64,000 nt of DNA from Klebsormidium nitens (lineage: Eukaryota; Plantae; Klebsormidiophyceae). Position 1 is the first letter of the stretch, and each line of letters starts with the position of its first letter. A program made the translations under genes and the position numbers. Shown one piece after another: positions 46,375 through 58,817 of this stretch. Location: positions 30,397 through 94,396 of the forward strand of contig DF236996.1 of the NCBI GenBank assembly GCA_000708835.1. Direction: 5' to 3'. The notes below the pieces were generated by a model. The model did no database searches, was not told the origin of the DNA, and saw nothing but the letters and a program-made list of their open reading frames with translations.

Positions 46375-47448
46375 AGAAGATATATCGGACCTGGACTCGA
46401 ACCGCCGAGGGCATCCCCGGGGATATCAGGGTTACGGTTACGCTTTGTTAGGTCCGTGCAACCTTTAACAGGTACGATTTGGGTGAATTTACTGACGGAT
46501 ATGCACATTCATTTCAAGTATTGGTAAAGTCCCCAAGTAATACCAGCCAGTGCCCGGTTAATCAAATATTGTAGGTACTATAGGTATATCGTCGTACCTA
46601 TGGTATACGGTCTATGGCTTAACACCATACGCAGTCGTGCAGTGACGTAACCCGTGTCCTGCTGCACGGGTCAGAGGCTCAGAGCTAAACCCTGCATGGA
46701 CGCGCGGCGAGGCGCGGCCGCCGCGCGTAGTTCAACGATCACCGTCGCTATATTCCTGTAATGATCACAGTGATCTGCAGAATAGTGGCACAAGGGGCTG
46801 TTTACAGGACCCCCACAGGAACCAAGTAAGGGTTGAAGGGTGGGTGTAATTGGGTGGGTGCGAAATTCTAGTTCTGAACTGGCGCCTGCACCATGCACCT
46901 TTCAAAAGGGCTTCCTGCTCCTACATTCTTCTGAGGAACATTTACGACAAAGGAGCCACTACTTGGCAGTGCACGCACTGCTCTTTTCACCTTTGCGTCC
47001 GACTGAGTGGGCCCGCAATTGCCGTTTGCGCGTGCAGCCACGTGACAGAATCACCGCCATCTAGCTTCCCATGGGCTTCCCATGTTGCAGTCACTTCGCA
47101 GAATCAGGATCATTCCAGAGCTTTTGCTTTAAGTACTGCTGACCAGTACTTTTGCTCAAGGCAATTGGTGCCTACAACGTACAGTAAAGTGTCTCTCACG
47201 CTTATGTTCTCTGTGGTAGCAAGCAAGACAGTGCGACACTCTGCTGAGATTCGTACGGGGTTTTGATCTGGGTATTCTGGCATTCAGATTGACGGGATTG
47301 TGAACATGTCGTTATGTCTGCAGGTTGCCGCTTTGTTCTTGTTCAAGCATTTCTTGCACCCATGAAGAAGACATCCACTGAGTATTAGGCCAAGTCAAGC
47401 GGGCGGACTCAGAAAAGGTCCAAAACCCAGCAGAGCGTTCCAACGGCA

Positions 47449-49263
47449 ATGGGATCGGAGAGTGACGTCATCATCCCCGCAGATGAATGTGGCAAGGGCA
47501 GCTGTAAGTGACATCGCTGATGTACAAAGCCATCAGCCTTTGATTAAATATCCGTAATTTTCTGGAAAACGCAGATTGGTATATGTTTTGCTGATTAATC
47601 AACCACAGTCTGCTCAATGCTGCTTCTGTCAGGTGCTCTATGTGCTGCTCCCGTACTGCTTTTACTATGCAGCTGTTAGTTCTGTTGCCAAATGACCAAG
47701 TGCAGGCAGTGATGTCTGTGACGGGTGGTCAGAAGTGCAATTGGCTGCTGGTGCCGCAAAGTAATATATATTGCAGGTTCCATGAGAGTAGCCCAAGAGG
47801 AATTGCAGCTTCCCTTCCCTCATGATGTAAAGAGGGGCCCCCATGACTCTCTTCGATAGAGTCGACGCCTCCTTTCAGTCTCTCTCAAACAGTTTTTTTT
47901 TTTGACCACCTGTTACAGGAGGTTGGGGAAAATTCGGGTCTGCTGTGCGCGGGGGTCTGTCTAGCAGCCCCTATTGCGGTGTGAGGAAGCTGGAGAGGGC
48001 CCTGATTCTTAGCTTCGCAGTGCCTTTGTCAAGTCCGTTGCAGCTTTTGAGATACGGTCGTTATTCACCGGGTTCGAAGAATTGGGTTATCTTTCGCTTT
48101 CTGGACAGCTTTTGAGGAGTACGTGGTTCTGTGGACACCTGGACGATTTCCAATTGTCTACCTTGCAGTTTTCTGCCCAATTCACGCGTCTGAATCGTAT
48201 CGCTTTCAGTTCCTGATGCTTTGAGAATACTGCGTCTTCTACATATCACCTGCCGAAAATCACGAAGGACTCCTCGTCACGAAAGCGTGGCAGCCAAACG
48301 CACTTCCAGATATGCGCACAAGCTTGCTCTCCTTTCAATCGTTAAAAAAGGTTGCTTGGATTGTGTGCCATCGTGCAAGCTTTCACGTCGGCCCACTTAT
48401 TATTGGCAGATTCGAACAGCCAATCTCTGCAGTCTTTCACAACGGACAGCTTTATAATCGAGTCGCAGATCCGGAGCACCCCTCCTCTCCGAACCCCGAC
48501 GCCCCTCAGATTGATGCTGATTTTGCGGGACTCGGTAAGTACGCTGCAGAGCAATCAAGTTCTCTGGGCAAGGCTGATTTGCACCCGGTTCCGCTTTATT
48601 GCTGGAATAGCACAACTATTACACAGGGAACTTTCGTCTGTTGCTTCGCAGCTGCATTACGGCTGCTCCGAACGATGAATAGTGCCTACGGTGAGGCGCG
48701 CCAATCTGTGAACTGTTGGGGTTTGCCTTTGCTCCTCTTGCGGACGTCCTACAGGATTGCGCAAGCTTTGTTGGTTAAGGGCACGTTGACTAACAACAAA
48801 AGCGCCCGGGGGACGGGTAGTATTGGTTCAGAGATTAGGGTGGGTACGGGGACGGAGCCCGTGGTATATGTCGGGTTGGGATTACGTTTGTCTGTGCTCC
48901 TTCGTGAACATGCCGCTGGTCGACACGAAAACAAAAAACTACTTCTTGCTCGGCCATGTTTCAGGAGCGGAGGTCACCCTCCAGACCAGTGACGTCATCC
49001 ACCTAAGTCTGTCCGATCACATCTATGCTACGGTCCGGTCGGATGGGCACCCTGAGCTGCTCACGATTCATTTCTACGACAAGGGAACCCACCAGCTCAT
49101 CGCACAGCCCGAGGGAGTGTACATCGAAGGGCCGTTTGGACGCGCGGAGAAGACTCGCTTTGGTTTCTACGCCATAGGACTAGCTGGCAGATACACGTTG
49201 GGCATGCAGGGCGGGCACTCGTATGTGCTGAGCTCGGTCCTGAAAGTTACTGCGGTATCGTGA
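47449..49263 (+). CDS. Tentative hypothetical protein (~151 aa, 3 exons), head-to-head with NRT2
   Basis: Phase-compatible model 47449-47503, 48433-48534, 48965-49263. The last exon has a 99-codon open frame with protein-like composition. The upstream exons are uncertain and I recognise no family. Confidence 0.4.
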
Positions 49264-50562
49264 ACCCGGTCCCAAGCACAAGGAAGGGGTGGGGATTGGA
49301 ACAACGAGATTTGTTTACGGCTATATCTCAAATGGCTTAGTTTTGTTTGGGCAACTCAAGTCGTACCCTCTGGCCTTTGCTTTTAAAATATCCTCTGACT
49401 TCTGCAAAACAACGTACATGTTTTCGTGAGTGACCCTGCCCATGTCGCCGGGCCGGATGCAACATATCATGTCTGTCGCAGTTGTGCAACAATCTTGATA
49501 TGCTTAGCCGAGTGCTCCTTGGCATGTGAGCTGACATATATGCAGCTTAGTTTTCAAAATAAACCTCAAAAAACTTCATCATGGCTTCAGTTTAAAGCCT
49601 GCATATGTCACATTTGCTATAGGTCGAAGCGGTGTCCAAGTAGAATATGTTGGGCCAGCGACTAGCTGTCAGTGTTGCTGAGCATGCATTTTGCAGATTG
49701 GCCTGGCTTAGCGTAAATCATTGAATCATTGAGTACATCATTGAATAAGGTCAGGGCCCACAAGGGCTCGATTTACGGGATCACTGACCCTTGGGGAAGT
49801 GAAGCCGCCCCCAGTGGGTGCCTGCATGCGACAACCCAACACACCAGACCGCGGATGCTATATATCCCGCAGCGCCTCCACGTACAGCTTCGGCCGGTTG
49901 TTTTTTGAGTTTCGCATAGACAGACCAATCGGGAGGAGGCCAGGACATGGGATAGACAAGCAAGCTTTAATTATACGAACTTCAATAAACTTCTATGCAG
50001 CTGCGCAGCTGGACAGTACGCGCTGGGAGCAGGTGGGCATAGGCAGGAACGGATCGCTACGAAAGGTCTTCAATGAGGCAAGACAATAGTGCTCCGTAAG
50101 CGAAACGGGAAACTCCCAAGATCGACGGGGAATTGTCAGTAGTAACTCTCATGCGCGAGGCGGCTAGAAGTCAGCTCATAGAAACAATACGTACATTTTA
50201 AGGGGGCATCCAACACAAAACCATATGACTACCGACGAGCATCTTGAACACGCTATGTCAGCTGGCGTATCTTTGCATCTGTCAATCCACATTTTCAATC
50301 ATATAGACAATAGTTACAAATTGCTCGTACTCCTGACATTGACTGTGGTGCCGGCTTCGAAAAGTCAAGTGCACAAGGATTTGACTTGAGCGGATGCCGG
50401 CCGGCGCACTACAGTAATCATGAATGTGCAAAAGCCCAGTAAATAGTCAGCCCTTTGATTCACCAGACCTCAACCAAAGGCACCCACCCGTACCTCCTTA
50501 TTATCCACACTGCAGTAGTTGCTGTTTGCTGGGCTTAATGCTCTCTGAACCACTTGGAATCA

Positions 50563-53500
50563 CTACAGTACATTGCTGCCCGGTCGAAGTTCTTTAGGAA
50601 GTGGGTACACAGGCGCGACTCCGGCCCCTCCTTCAGTCGGCAGCATAAGCGGATACTTTTCCCGCAGCGTTGGGTCTGCTTCGTGTCGTCGCGTGGGCGT
50701 TCGCATCTTGTAGTTTGGATCCGCTCTCTCGTACCTGCAACAGAACAGATCGAGGGCGGCTTGAGAACTTTCTCAGGATAAGCAGTCTGTGTTTACGAGC
50801 ATTTGCCAAGCACAGTGTTCCACATCTTCGTAGCGGCGCCACTTTGCTGTAAACTGTTGCCCGACCAATCAACATTTAGGACGACACTTGGCGGCACCGA
50901 ATTCCCAAGATACAGAACGTTGTACGCAGTCTGATTGCAAACTCGCGCAACAGGAATTGAATGCGCGATCCACGAATCCCGGATTTGTCTGTCAAGAGGA
51001 AGCCAAAATCAACAAGCTTCGCGAACACTTTGCGTCTGTCATGCAGCACCGGCCCGCTCACCTGACTCCGCCAAAGTTTTCAACTGAGATTACGCCCCCG
51101 ACCTTGGCCTGTTTGCTCCCGTGGTCTAGATTCCCCGTCACTGCGAACGTAACGCTCGGCTGCCACCACGACTTGAACGCGACGACGGCCGCGGAGCTGA
51201 GAGCGCCCACCTTGGCCTGCGAAGAAAATGGATCGAAGAATTCGCGACCATGAACCGGTTCACGGAAGTTTGTTTTTGGAAATAGAATCTTTGATGTCAA
51301 CAAACTTGCGTCCGGGCTTGGAGCTGAGAGTACCCACTTGCGGATAGATGGATTTGCGACCTTGGACCCGATTTTCGGAAGACTTCTCTTGGAAAAAGAG
51401 ACACTCGTTTCAACAGATCTGCGTACGGAGGAGAAGCACTCAACTCGGCGCGAAGAACATTCAAGACTTTAGAGGCGTCTTTACCGTCCTAGTTGAAAGA
51501 CGGCCTTGCAAATCCAGGTTTTCCACTATCTATGCTCGTTAAGTTTCTGCTTCTTCTTCTGCGGACGTCCTCCTAACCTCCCGCGTCTTGCTTCTGTTCA
51601 GAACGAAAGGAGTGGCACATCAGGAGAACAAGCAAACAGTGTCCCAAGATTTTCGCACCTTGAGCAGCACGTTCTTATTGACCTGCCAAGAGGCGCCGAG
51701 CTGCAGATTGGACACGCTATCCGTACCGGGGTCGTCCAGCCTGCGAACAGGGGAGCGTGAAGAGTAAGTCAATTCATGCCGACCGACAAAAGTGCTCGGT
51801 GGCTCTGAAACAACCGGAAAAACCGTACGTGACCAAAACCTTCCAGTCTAGTAGGAAAAAGGGCGAGATTTTCCGGGAGGAGAATCGGAAGCTCTTTGAA
51901 GAGAGTTCAGTCGGAGAAGAGGTGTTGGTAGAGCCGTCACGCGAACGATGTAAACACAGTCCAAGAAGCACGTCGGGCCATTGATTGTACGTGTATCGCG
52001 GTATCTTTTTGACCTTTTCATTAGACTTGAAAAACGTCAAGCGAGCTCACATGTGCTCAATCTCCAGGCCAACGTCGACGTAGTTGGTGATCCCCTCCAC
52101 GTCGGAGTCCTCCAAAGGGTTCTTCACCTGCGGCGATCGAAAGAGACATGTTGACTTAAGCATGCACGAATTCTAGGTCTTCACCAGTCTATAATTTCGT
52201 GGAGCATTTGTCAGACAAGTCGCGTGTCCCGTGGCATTTCATGGTGCTACATCAAGGTACAAAGTCGACATCAGTTTGCAAGGACAATGTTCAATCACTG
52301 TTAACGAGGAATTGCCAGGAAAATTTCACTTCAGTCAAAGAGTTTGCGCTACCAAAGCCCCGCGCTTAGCATACTCTGTTCAATCTAATATTCGCAAACA
52401 CCTGAGTGCAAGCATCAAGGAGCTTTCGACCATAAGAAGTCACATGCAGATGGAATTTGCATTTGAACGACTCACTTTCCGCTGAACGACGAGGTGGTGG
52501 TAGTAGGAGGCAATGAACTGCATGAACGCGAGTTGATGTCAGGTGTTGCTGCGAGATTCTCAAAGAAGACCAGAGAACCTGGCTGTCGTTGACATGACCG
52601 GTCACCAGTGCATCGGACAACGGCAGATTGTTTCACTGTCCGCTGTGTCACCATGCTAGAGAGCCTTCTGAGAGCAGAGTGTATCCTTCTGATTGGGGTT
52701 GAGAATCACCCGAGAATCCGATCTCTCCGACAAAAGCCGTGACACCGGTACGTCGACACGGCGAGCATTAGTGCAACCGAATGATTGTCAGTTAACTGTT
52801 CTATTTTCGAACGGCAAAGACGTGCGACGCAGCAGACGGAGACGAAAACCTTGTTGACCTTTAAAGAGAACCAGTCCCACCCCGCACGAACCGATCATCT
52901 GAACGCGTGACCCTTCAAAGATTGTCAAGACCGGGGAAAATCGCTCCCCTTACCTGCCAAAGAGAGCCATCTACAGCCCCGCCAAAGGAAGCCGTTTACA
53001 GCCCCGCAAGAAGTGAACATGCAGTAGAAAACAACCCTTCAATCCGGCAAGAGGTTGAAAGCACCAACGTTGATTTGTTCCTTACTTTGGATCCTTGCAC
53101 GAGCTCCAGCACAAAGTCGAACGATGGCTGGAGCGGGCCTCGTCCCGGAGTACCGTACCCAAGGGCCAGGTTGAAATCCTTAAGCTCAGGGGGAACGCCT
53201 TTCGCCGCAACAGGGCCTCCCCCCGGACCCGGTTGAACGTACTGGATGCCCGCGGTCAGACTACCGGAGCGGCCGACCAGCCAGGCCTTGGAGAAGAGGG
53301 AATCGACGGTCACGGGGCCTGCAGAAGGACACGTGGCATGCATCGGACGGGTGGATAGAAGAGCGAGTCGCCGTGTGACGATGCTGGATCAAAGAAACGC
53401 CGCGACAGTGCAGGTTGCGGCGTGCAACGGCGTGTAAGGACGACTTCAATTGCTTGTTTTGTTGAGCGGTTGCGAGGGTCGGATGAAGACTAGAATTGTG

Positions 53501-56308
53501 ACGAGCGGACTTTGTGGATAGGATAAACGACCGTTGGACGAGAACCGTGCACATGAAACCAGACCGGAAGATTGATACACAGGGGTGATAAGTCCTGAAT
53601 ACAGAGCCTGGAAAGCTGCCTCTGCTTGCAAGCGGAACCTTAGATGCTCGCAGGCAACACATGGTGTCCGGTCGTTTGAAGCTTGTCGGATAATCGGGCA
53701 TTCCAAGGAGCTCAAAAACTGTAATAAACGGCAGGAATGATTTGGGGGTTAGGGTCGGTATGGGTGCGGAGTACGTAGATTGTTGGGTTAGGGTTTTAGT
53801 ACTGGTTGGAGCTTATTGATCCTGGCTCTCACTTTTCCTCAAAAAGTCGGTCACATTCCAAGGAGTGGCGGAGGGTGATCACGAGCTCGTTCATCTGTTG
53901 CTTCGACCGAGTCCGAAGCGGAGAGGAACAGAAACTCACCGTTAGGGGGAGGACTGGCGACAAGCCCTGCCGCGAGATACTCTGTGCTGTAGCGGAGACC
54001 AAATTCTGAGCTGCAGGTTTGAGCGAACGCCGTCAGTTGGTGACGGACACAAACATCGACGCTGACTCGTTCGGTCCAGAGACCAATTGTTTGAAAGGAC
54101 TGCCCTTTGCTGACGAATTCAAGCGAGCCTGGTTTTCCTTTTGACTTCGTTCCGATTATCGGACGATCCCGGAACCGAGTGGGAGCCCAAAAACAGCGTC
54201 TGTCGTCACTTCGTCAAGGAAGTTCACAGCCCAGCAAAACGTTCAAAGCGAGCGTTCTTCTCAGAAGCCTAGCGATAGTTCTGCAATTCAGATGAGTCGT
54301 CCTTGAAGTACAGCACACCGTACATCGTAATCTGAGTGCCAACTTGTGTTCGGCTGTCGAGTGAGTGGGCTGTTATAGTAGTCGCTCGATTAGTATTAGT
54401 CTCTATCTGGATTTTGAAATAATGTTTTCGAGCAGCCTGTTGCTCAGGAAGTTCGCTTCCGTAAGGCGACATCTCACTTTGAAGCTAACTTGATCAGGGA
54501 ACATCACAGCTTTAAAGGAAAACAGAAGTTGACAAAAGTCGAAAGAAGGAGGAGCACCTACCGAGTGTCTGACAAGAGCGGCAGGAGGCCAAACACGCCA
54601 AAGCCGCTCTCTGGGTGGTAGAAACTTCCGCGCAGTCGGACGTATTCCTTAGCCGCGGTGGACACTCGAAGGTCGAGGAAGGTGTTCGGATCGTCTTCAT
54701 TCCTGGAGAGGAGAATGCAGGGGCGTTCTTTGAATAGCCCTGCTCTGTTTGTGACCGTTTTGACTCTTTGTACTGGACATATGCGGCTTCAATTTCAAAC
54801 CTGGTTGTGAGCATCCTCAACCCAGTCCACCATTGGTTCAGAGTCTGTAGAAGCGGAACTCCTGCAACACTGGCACCAACATTGCATGGAGTCGTTGTGG
54901 AAACAGATCTTGGAATCTGTTTGATATGTCCGAGCATTTTGTCCAGAGTTCAAGAAGTTCTTTTAAAAACACACTTTTCAAATCATCTGAGTCGGCATCA
55001 GACTTCGAAGCTCCGCACATAAACATTTCAGCAAAATCAGGTGATCTTGTGACGGCCTCTTCAACCTTTCGACCAACTCCGGCCAGGTTTCAAACTTGCC
55101 TGAATTGGTTCTCTACCGATTAGTTTTGCTGACTTCAAAACCAGTTGCAGAAACGGTTTCACATTCAGTCTACATAGTATCACGTCTCCGGAGAGATAGT
55201 AGATGCTTACTTTTGCCACCGAAAGGCCGCACTGCCGTGCACTCGTTCCCCGCGAATACCCTGCGGCACCTCAACCTACAGGAAGCATTCAATGTTTGAA
55301 AGATGATACATTGTTATGTTGGGCGCCAGTGACTTTTGGGGGGTTATACAGACTCCTGTTCTGAAGCATCTGACACGGGATTGCCGATACAGAATTCTGA
55401 CGGCAGGTACGTATGACACAAATTGTCTACAAGTAAAATCGTAAATGAAAATGTCGTACTTGTGCTGTCTTCAAGAACAATCTAGAAAGATAAAACTGAC
55501 GTGGACAACGTATCCAGACGTTGATCTTGAATTTGAATTGGTCAAAGAGACCCAAAGAACAGCCCGGCCCTTATTCCCACAAACTTTTTTTGTCCTTACT
55601 ACTATGTCAAATATACCTCTACCAATATGAGCAGTCCTACTACGCTATGGTCTGAGCTTGGAAAGCTTCAATCTACGCGGTAGTCTGCACGTCAATTTAC
55701 TGTCAGGACGGGCCGGATTCTCACTTGGGCACAAATATCAACGTTTCTGTCTTCTGGGGGCTGAAGCAACGCGCGGGCCACCAAGCGGCCCGCCTCGGCA
55801 TAATAGTCGTCGAACAGGCGAGCGCGGGGCAGCTTGCTGAATAGGAGGTCGTAGGACGACTCTGCCATTCTGCAATAAGGAGCTGGTGAATTGTCAGGGC
55901 AGGATGGTGCTTACAGAAGGGAGAAACGAAAGACACTAATCTGCATAGAAAGTTGGCATCCTTCTTGTTCCGTGGCTGGACGCATCTAAGCACACGATGC
56001 CAGTCCAGAATGTCGGCAAATAGAATGATGAAGGTTCATAATCCCAACTTTCATTGCCGTCAACCTTAGAAGGACTGACTATCTATGACGGCCCTTCAGT
56101 CAAGATATCAATATCGTGTTGCGCGTTTCACGCTTCCGACTTTTATGCATGCACACAAAGACACTGCAAGAAGTTCACAACAGACTCACCGGTTTCTGCC
56201 TGCCAGGGTCCGTTCAAACAGGGGAGGAACTAGCACCACCGGGGGCGGTGGCGCGGCAGGTTCCCCATAGATTGTGTTCTGTATCATACTCTGTAGTGCA
56301 TTCCCCAT
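50563..56308 (-). CDS. OM47: Plant-specific beta-barrel-like protein, OM47-like (mitochondrial outer membrane), ~433 aa, 11 exons
   Basis: Exons 56190-56308, 55725-55869, 55211-55275, 54562-54702, 53940-54010, 53086-53318, 52476-52517, 52051-52127, 51659-51740, 51062-51216 and 50563-50734 (1302 nt). Blocks match this conserved plant family as I recall it: PPPPVVLVPPLF, RMAESSYDLLFSKL, FRWQ..DDPNTFLDL, PLQPSFDFVLEL, FIASYYHH.VVQRKVKNPLE, ASWQVNKNVLLK, FKSWWQPS, YERADPN. The gene model is solid; the name comes from memory. Confidence 0.8.
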
Positions 56309-56869
56309 CTTCGCTTCCAGAAAGCCTGCCTGTGTGTCGATGACCAATCCTTCTTTCTGGAGTAGGCGCCTATGTGACTGGATGTTCCACGTTTCCTCGT
56401 ACTGGTGCCACCACCTTTTGATGGACTTGACTTCGAAGAAGAACGGACCGTCTCAATGCTGCAATAAAGCTGTGAATCTGTCAGAATGGTGCTGAGTAGC
56501 GTCGCCCTCAAAAAGAGCCCCTCGAAATGTCAGAAACTGTATTGGGGCGCCTTGAACTGTAGCTTTGAGTTCTTAGGTATACCTGTAGGTGTGCCACCAT
56601 GTTCAGTGCTCAAGGAGCCGCTGCAAAGGCCCAGAGTTTCAAGTCCAACAAGATTCTAAACCCTGCAGCGTAAATTCTACGCGGCATGCCAGCAGACGTT
56701 AATCGGTTGAACGCACCGGGCAGCCTGACCATTCACGAAGCTCTTAGTTGAGTAGTGTAGCTGGCGACACAGTGCGGCCCGGGCCATGTTCTTTGCCCCG
56801 ATCATGTGATGCAGTCCCTAGTAACACCAAAGAAAACCGGGGTAGACGATGGACAAGTCTGGCTGTGGT

Positions 56870-57586
56870 CAACCCAGACTCACGGCCGTATCGAGAAAAC
56901 CTCTCGTAAAGCCATCGGAAGCATATTGAACAAATTGCTCGATACGGCCGGGCGGGTATCGATCAAATTGCTCGTTTTCTGGTAGCGCCTATTAGGAAAA
57001 AGTCTCGATTTTTGTGAAGCCCCGGGCACACACTAAAACAAAAAGTACTTGCCCGGCTGTCACTCGCAGTGGTGTAACCCTAAGGCGGGAATGGCCCGGT
57101 TGCCCCAGGTAGTTGCCCGGTTGTTCGCCGGTTGCCCGCGAGACCCTAATGTCACAGGGAGGGCCCGGTTGCTTCTCGGGTGCCACGGTCCCTAAACTAC
57201 TAGTCTAGAGGGGAAGTGTCCAGTGTCCCCGGGGAGTTGCAGCCACCCGCCGCCCCGACCAACCACCCATAGGGGGTACCGTCCTTTATGTACCGCGATC
57301 CTGGCGGTCGTGTGGACCGATGTTGTGGGTCGCAGCGGTCACCTGGATCGACGGCGGAGATCGTCCGGACCGACCCCTGAAAGTACCGGAGATCTAGGCG
57401 CCTCGGTCCCAAAATCGAGCAAATTGCTCGATAGGGCATTCTCCGTATCGAGCAAATCCTCCAATACGGCCCTCGCGAATACGATAAATTTGTCCAATAC
57501 GGATCTACGGACATCGAACGATTTGCTCGTAAAACCATAATGGCTTTACGAGGGGTTTTCTCGATACGGACCGTGAGTCTGGGTTG
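56870..57586. mobile_element. Non-autonomous DNA transposon (MITE), 717 bp
   Basis: About 45-bp imperfect TIRs (CAACCCAGACTCACGG.CCGTATCGAGAAAAC..TCGTAAAGCCAT). Exact 7-bp TSD CTGTGGT at 56863-56869 and 57587-57593. Subterminal CAAATTGCTCG repeats at 56931, 56964 and 57420. No transposase ORF. Confidence 0.88.
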
Positions 57587-58817
57587 CTGTGGTGGTCATC
57601 CAAAGCAGCAGAGGGCCGGGCGAGTCGAAGCAGAGGGCGAGCTTCAAATTGTGCAAGAGGGCGCTCTTTTCAGTTGGGAAGCAGGTGGAAAGCTTCTGAA
57701 GGGTTGGTGGGGAACCCTGGATGGACTAGAAGAGGTTCTGCTCAAGCCTACAAGCTTGAAGGTGGAGCAGGCAAGGGATCTGAATGTGAATTGACGTCCT
57801 GTCTCAAAAGGCGCAATACATGATGGCGGGGGCATCACAATCAAAGCGCCTTCTCGTTGGTGAGCAGAACCCTATCTGAATGTGTTTTTAAGAGGTACTC
57901 GGAAATCGTCTAAAAGCAGAAACAATGCACGAGGTTGTAACAAACATTGACAAAATCCGTCACTTGCCTCGATGACATGGTAAAGCCGTGGTCAGATTTG
58001 GGGTTTTCAAACATATGCTGACCTCATTTCAGGAATGATGATTTAGGGGTCCCTGATCTGATCGCCACTTCAGTTGGTCACCATTGGAAGCATCTTGATG
58101 GGCTAGTGGTACAATCTGTTGAAACCCTTCGTTCTGCCTCGTTCACAAACACCAGCGCTTTCTGACCAGCCTCTCCGGTGGGATTGCGTTTACTTGTAGA
58201 ACGCGGGGCGGTTTGAAAACTCTGAAAGGGTATTGCTCAAGCAGGATCCAACCAAAATTGCCTCGATCTATTGCACAATGCATTCAAATACTGTATTGAT
58301 ATCTTCCTTGTGAGCACTTCCCCATGCTGAGACCACCCAAGGACATTGTCATAGACGTCATTGAACATCAACGGTGGGAGTGATTATTGCATTGCTTGCG
58401 TGATCCGCTTGAGTCTCTCGATCAAAGCCGATGCATAATTGTGGTACTGCAGCATATCGGGGCACCCGGCTGAATTTTTCATTCGCCCGCCCCATTTGTT
58501 TCATTCTCTAGCATTGAGTGCGGTCCAGTCTAATTGTCATTCTTGTAACAAAGCTCTGAAATAGGGCCTCGAAGTAAGTCCTGGTTGCGTTCACATGGAC
58601 CGTGGTTGACTCGTTTTCGTGGCTCATCGACACATCACATTCTGGAGACGATCAGTTTGGATGCTGAGCCTGATTTCGTACCTCCTTGTCTCTCTTCCAC
58701 CAGCATCTTACATCTTCAGAACATACCACCACCGCCACACGTTGCCAAATCACCATTCGCTGATTCCTTTGCTTTCAGTATTCTGCTCTCTGATCCTTGA
58801 GCACATTCCTTGTGCAG

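Noticed and set aside
46055-46380. Telomerase RNA candidate (TATA upstream of CCCTAAAA repeats)
   Set aside because: Three full repeats exceed a typical ~1.5-repeat template, no USE sits at the proper spacing from the TATA, and there is no + strand T-run terminator after the repeat.
46381-46470. tRNA gene on the minus strand
   Set aside because: The T-loop motif is present but the T-stem, acceptor stem and D-arm do not pair.
47449-49263. NAR2/NRT3 assignment for the gene opposite NRT2
   Set aside because: No signal peptide, no C-terminal TM helix, and none of the NAR2 motifs I recall.
49794-49815. Nitrate-responsive element (TGACCCTT..AAG)
   Set aside because: Spacing is N9 rather than N10, and it lies about 5 kb from NRT2 beyond another gene.
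57540-57575. MALRGVFSIRT|GTGAGT as the first exon of RPN2
   Set aside because: It lies within the right TIR of the MITE and its phase does not fit the best downstream acceptor.
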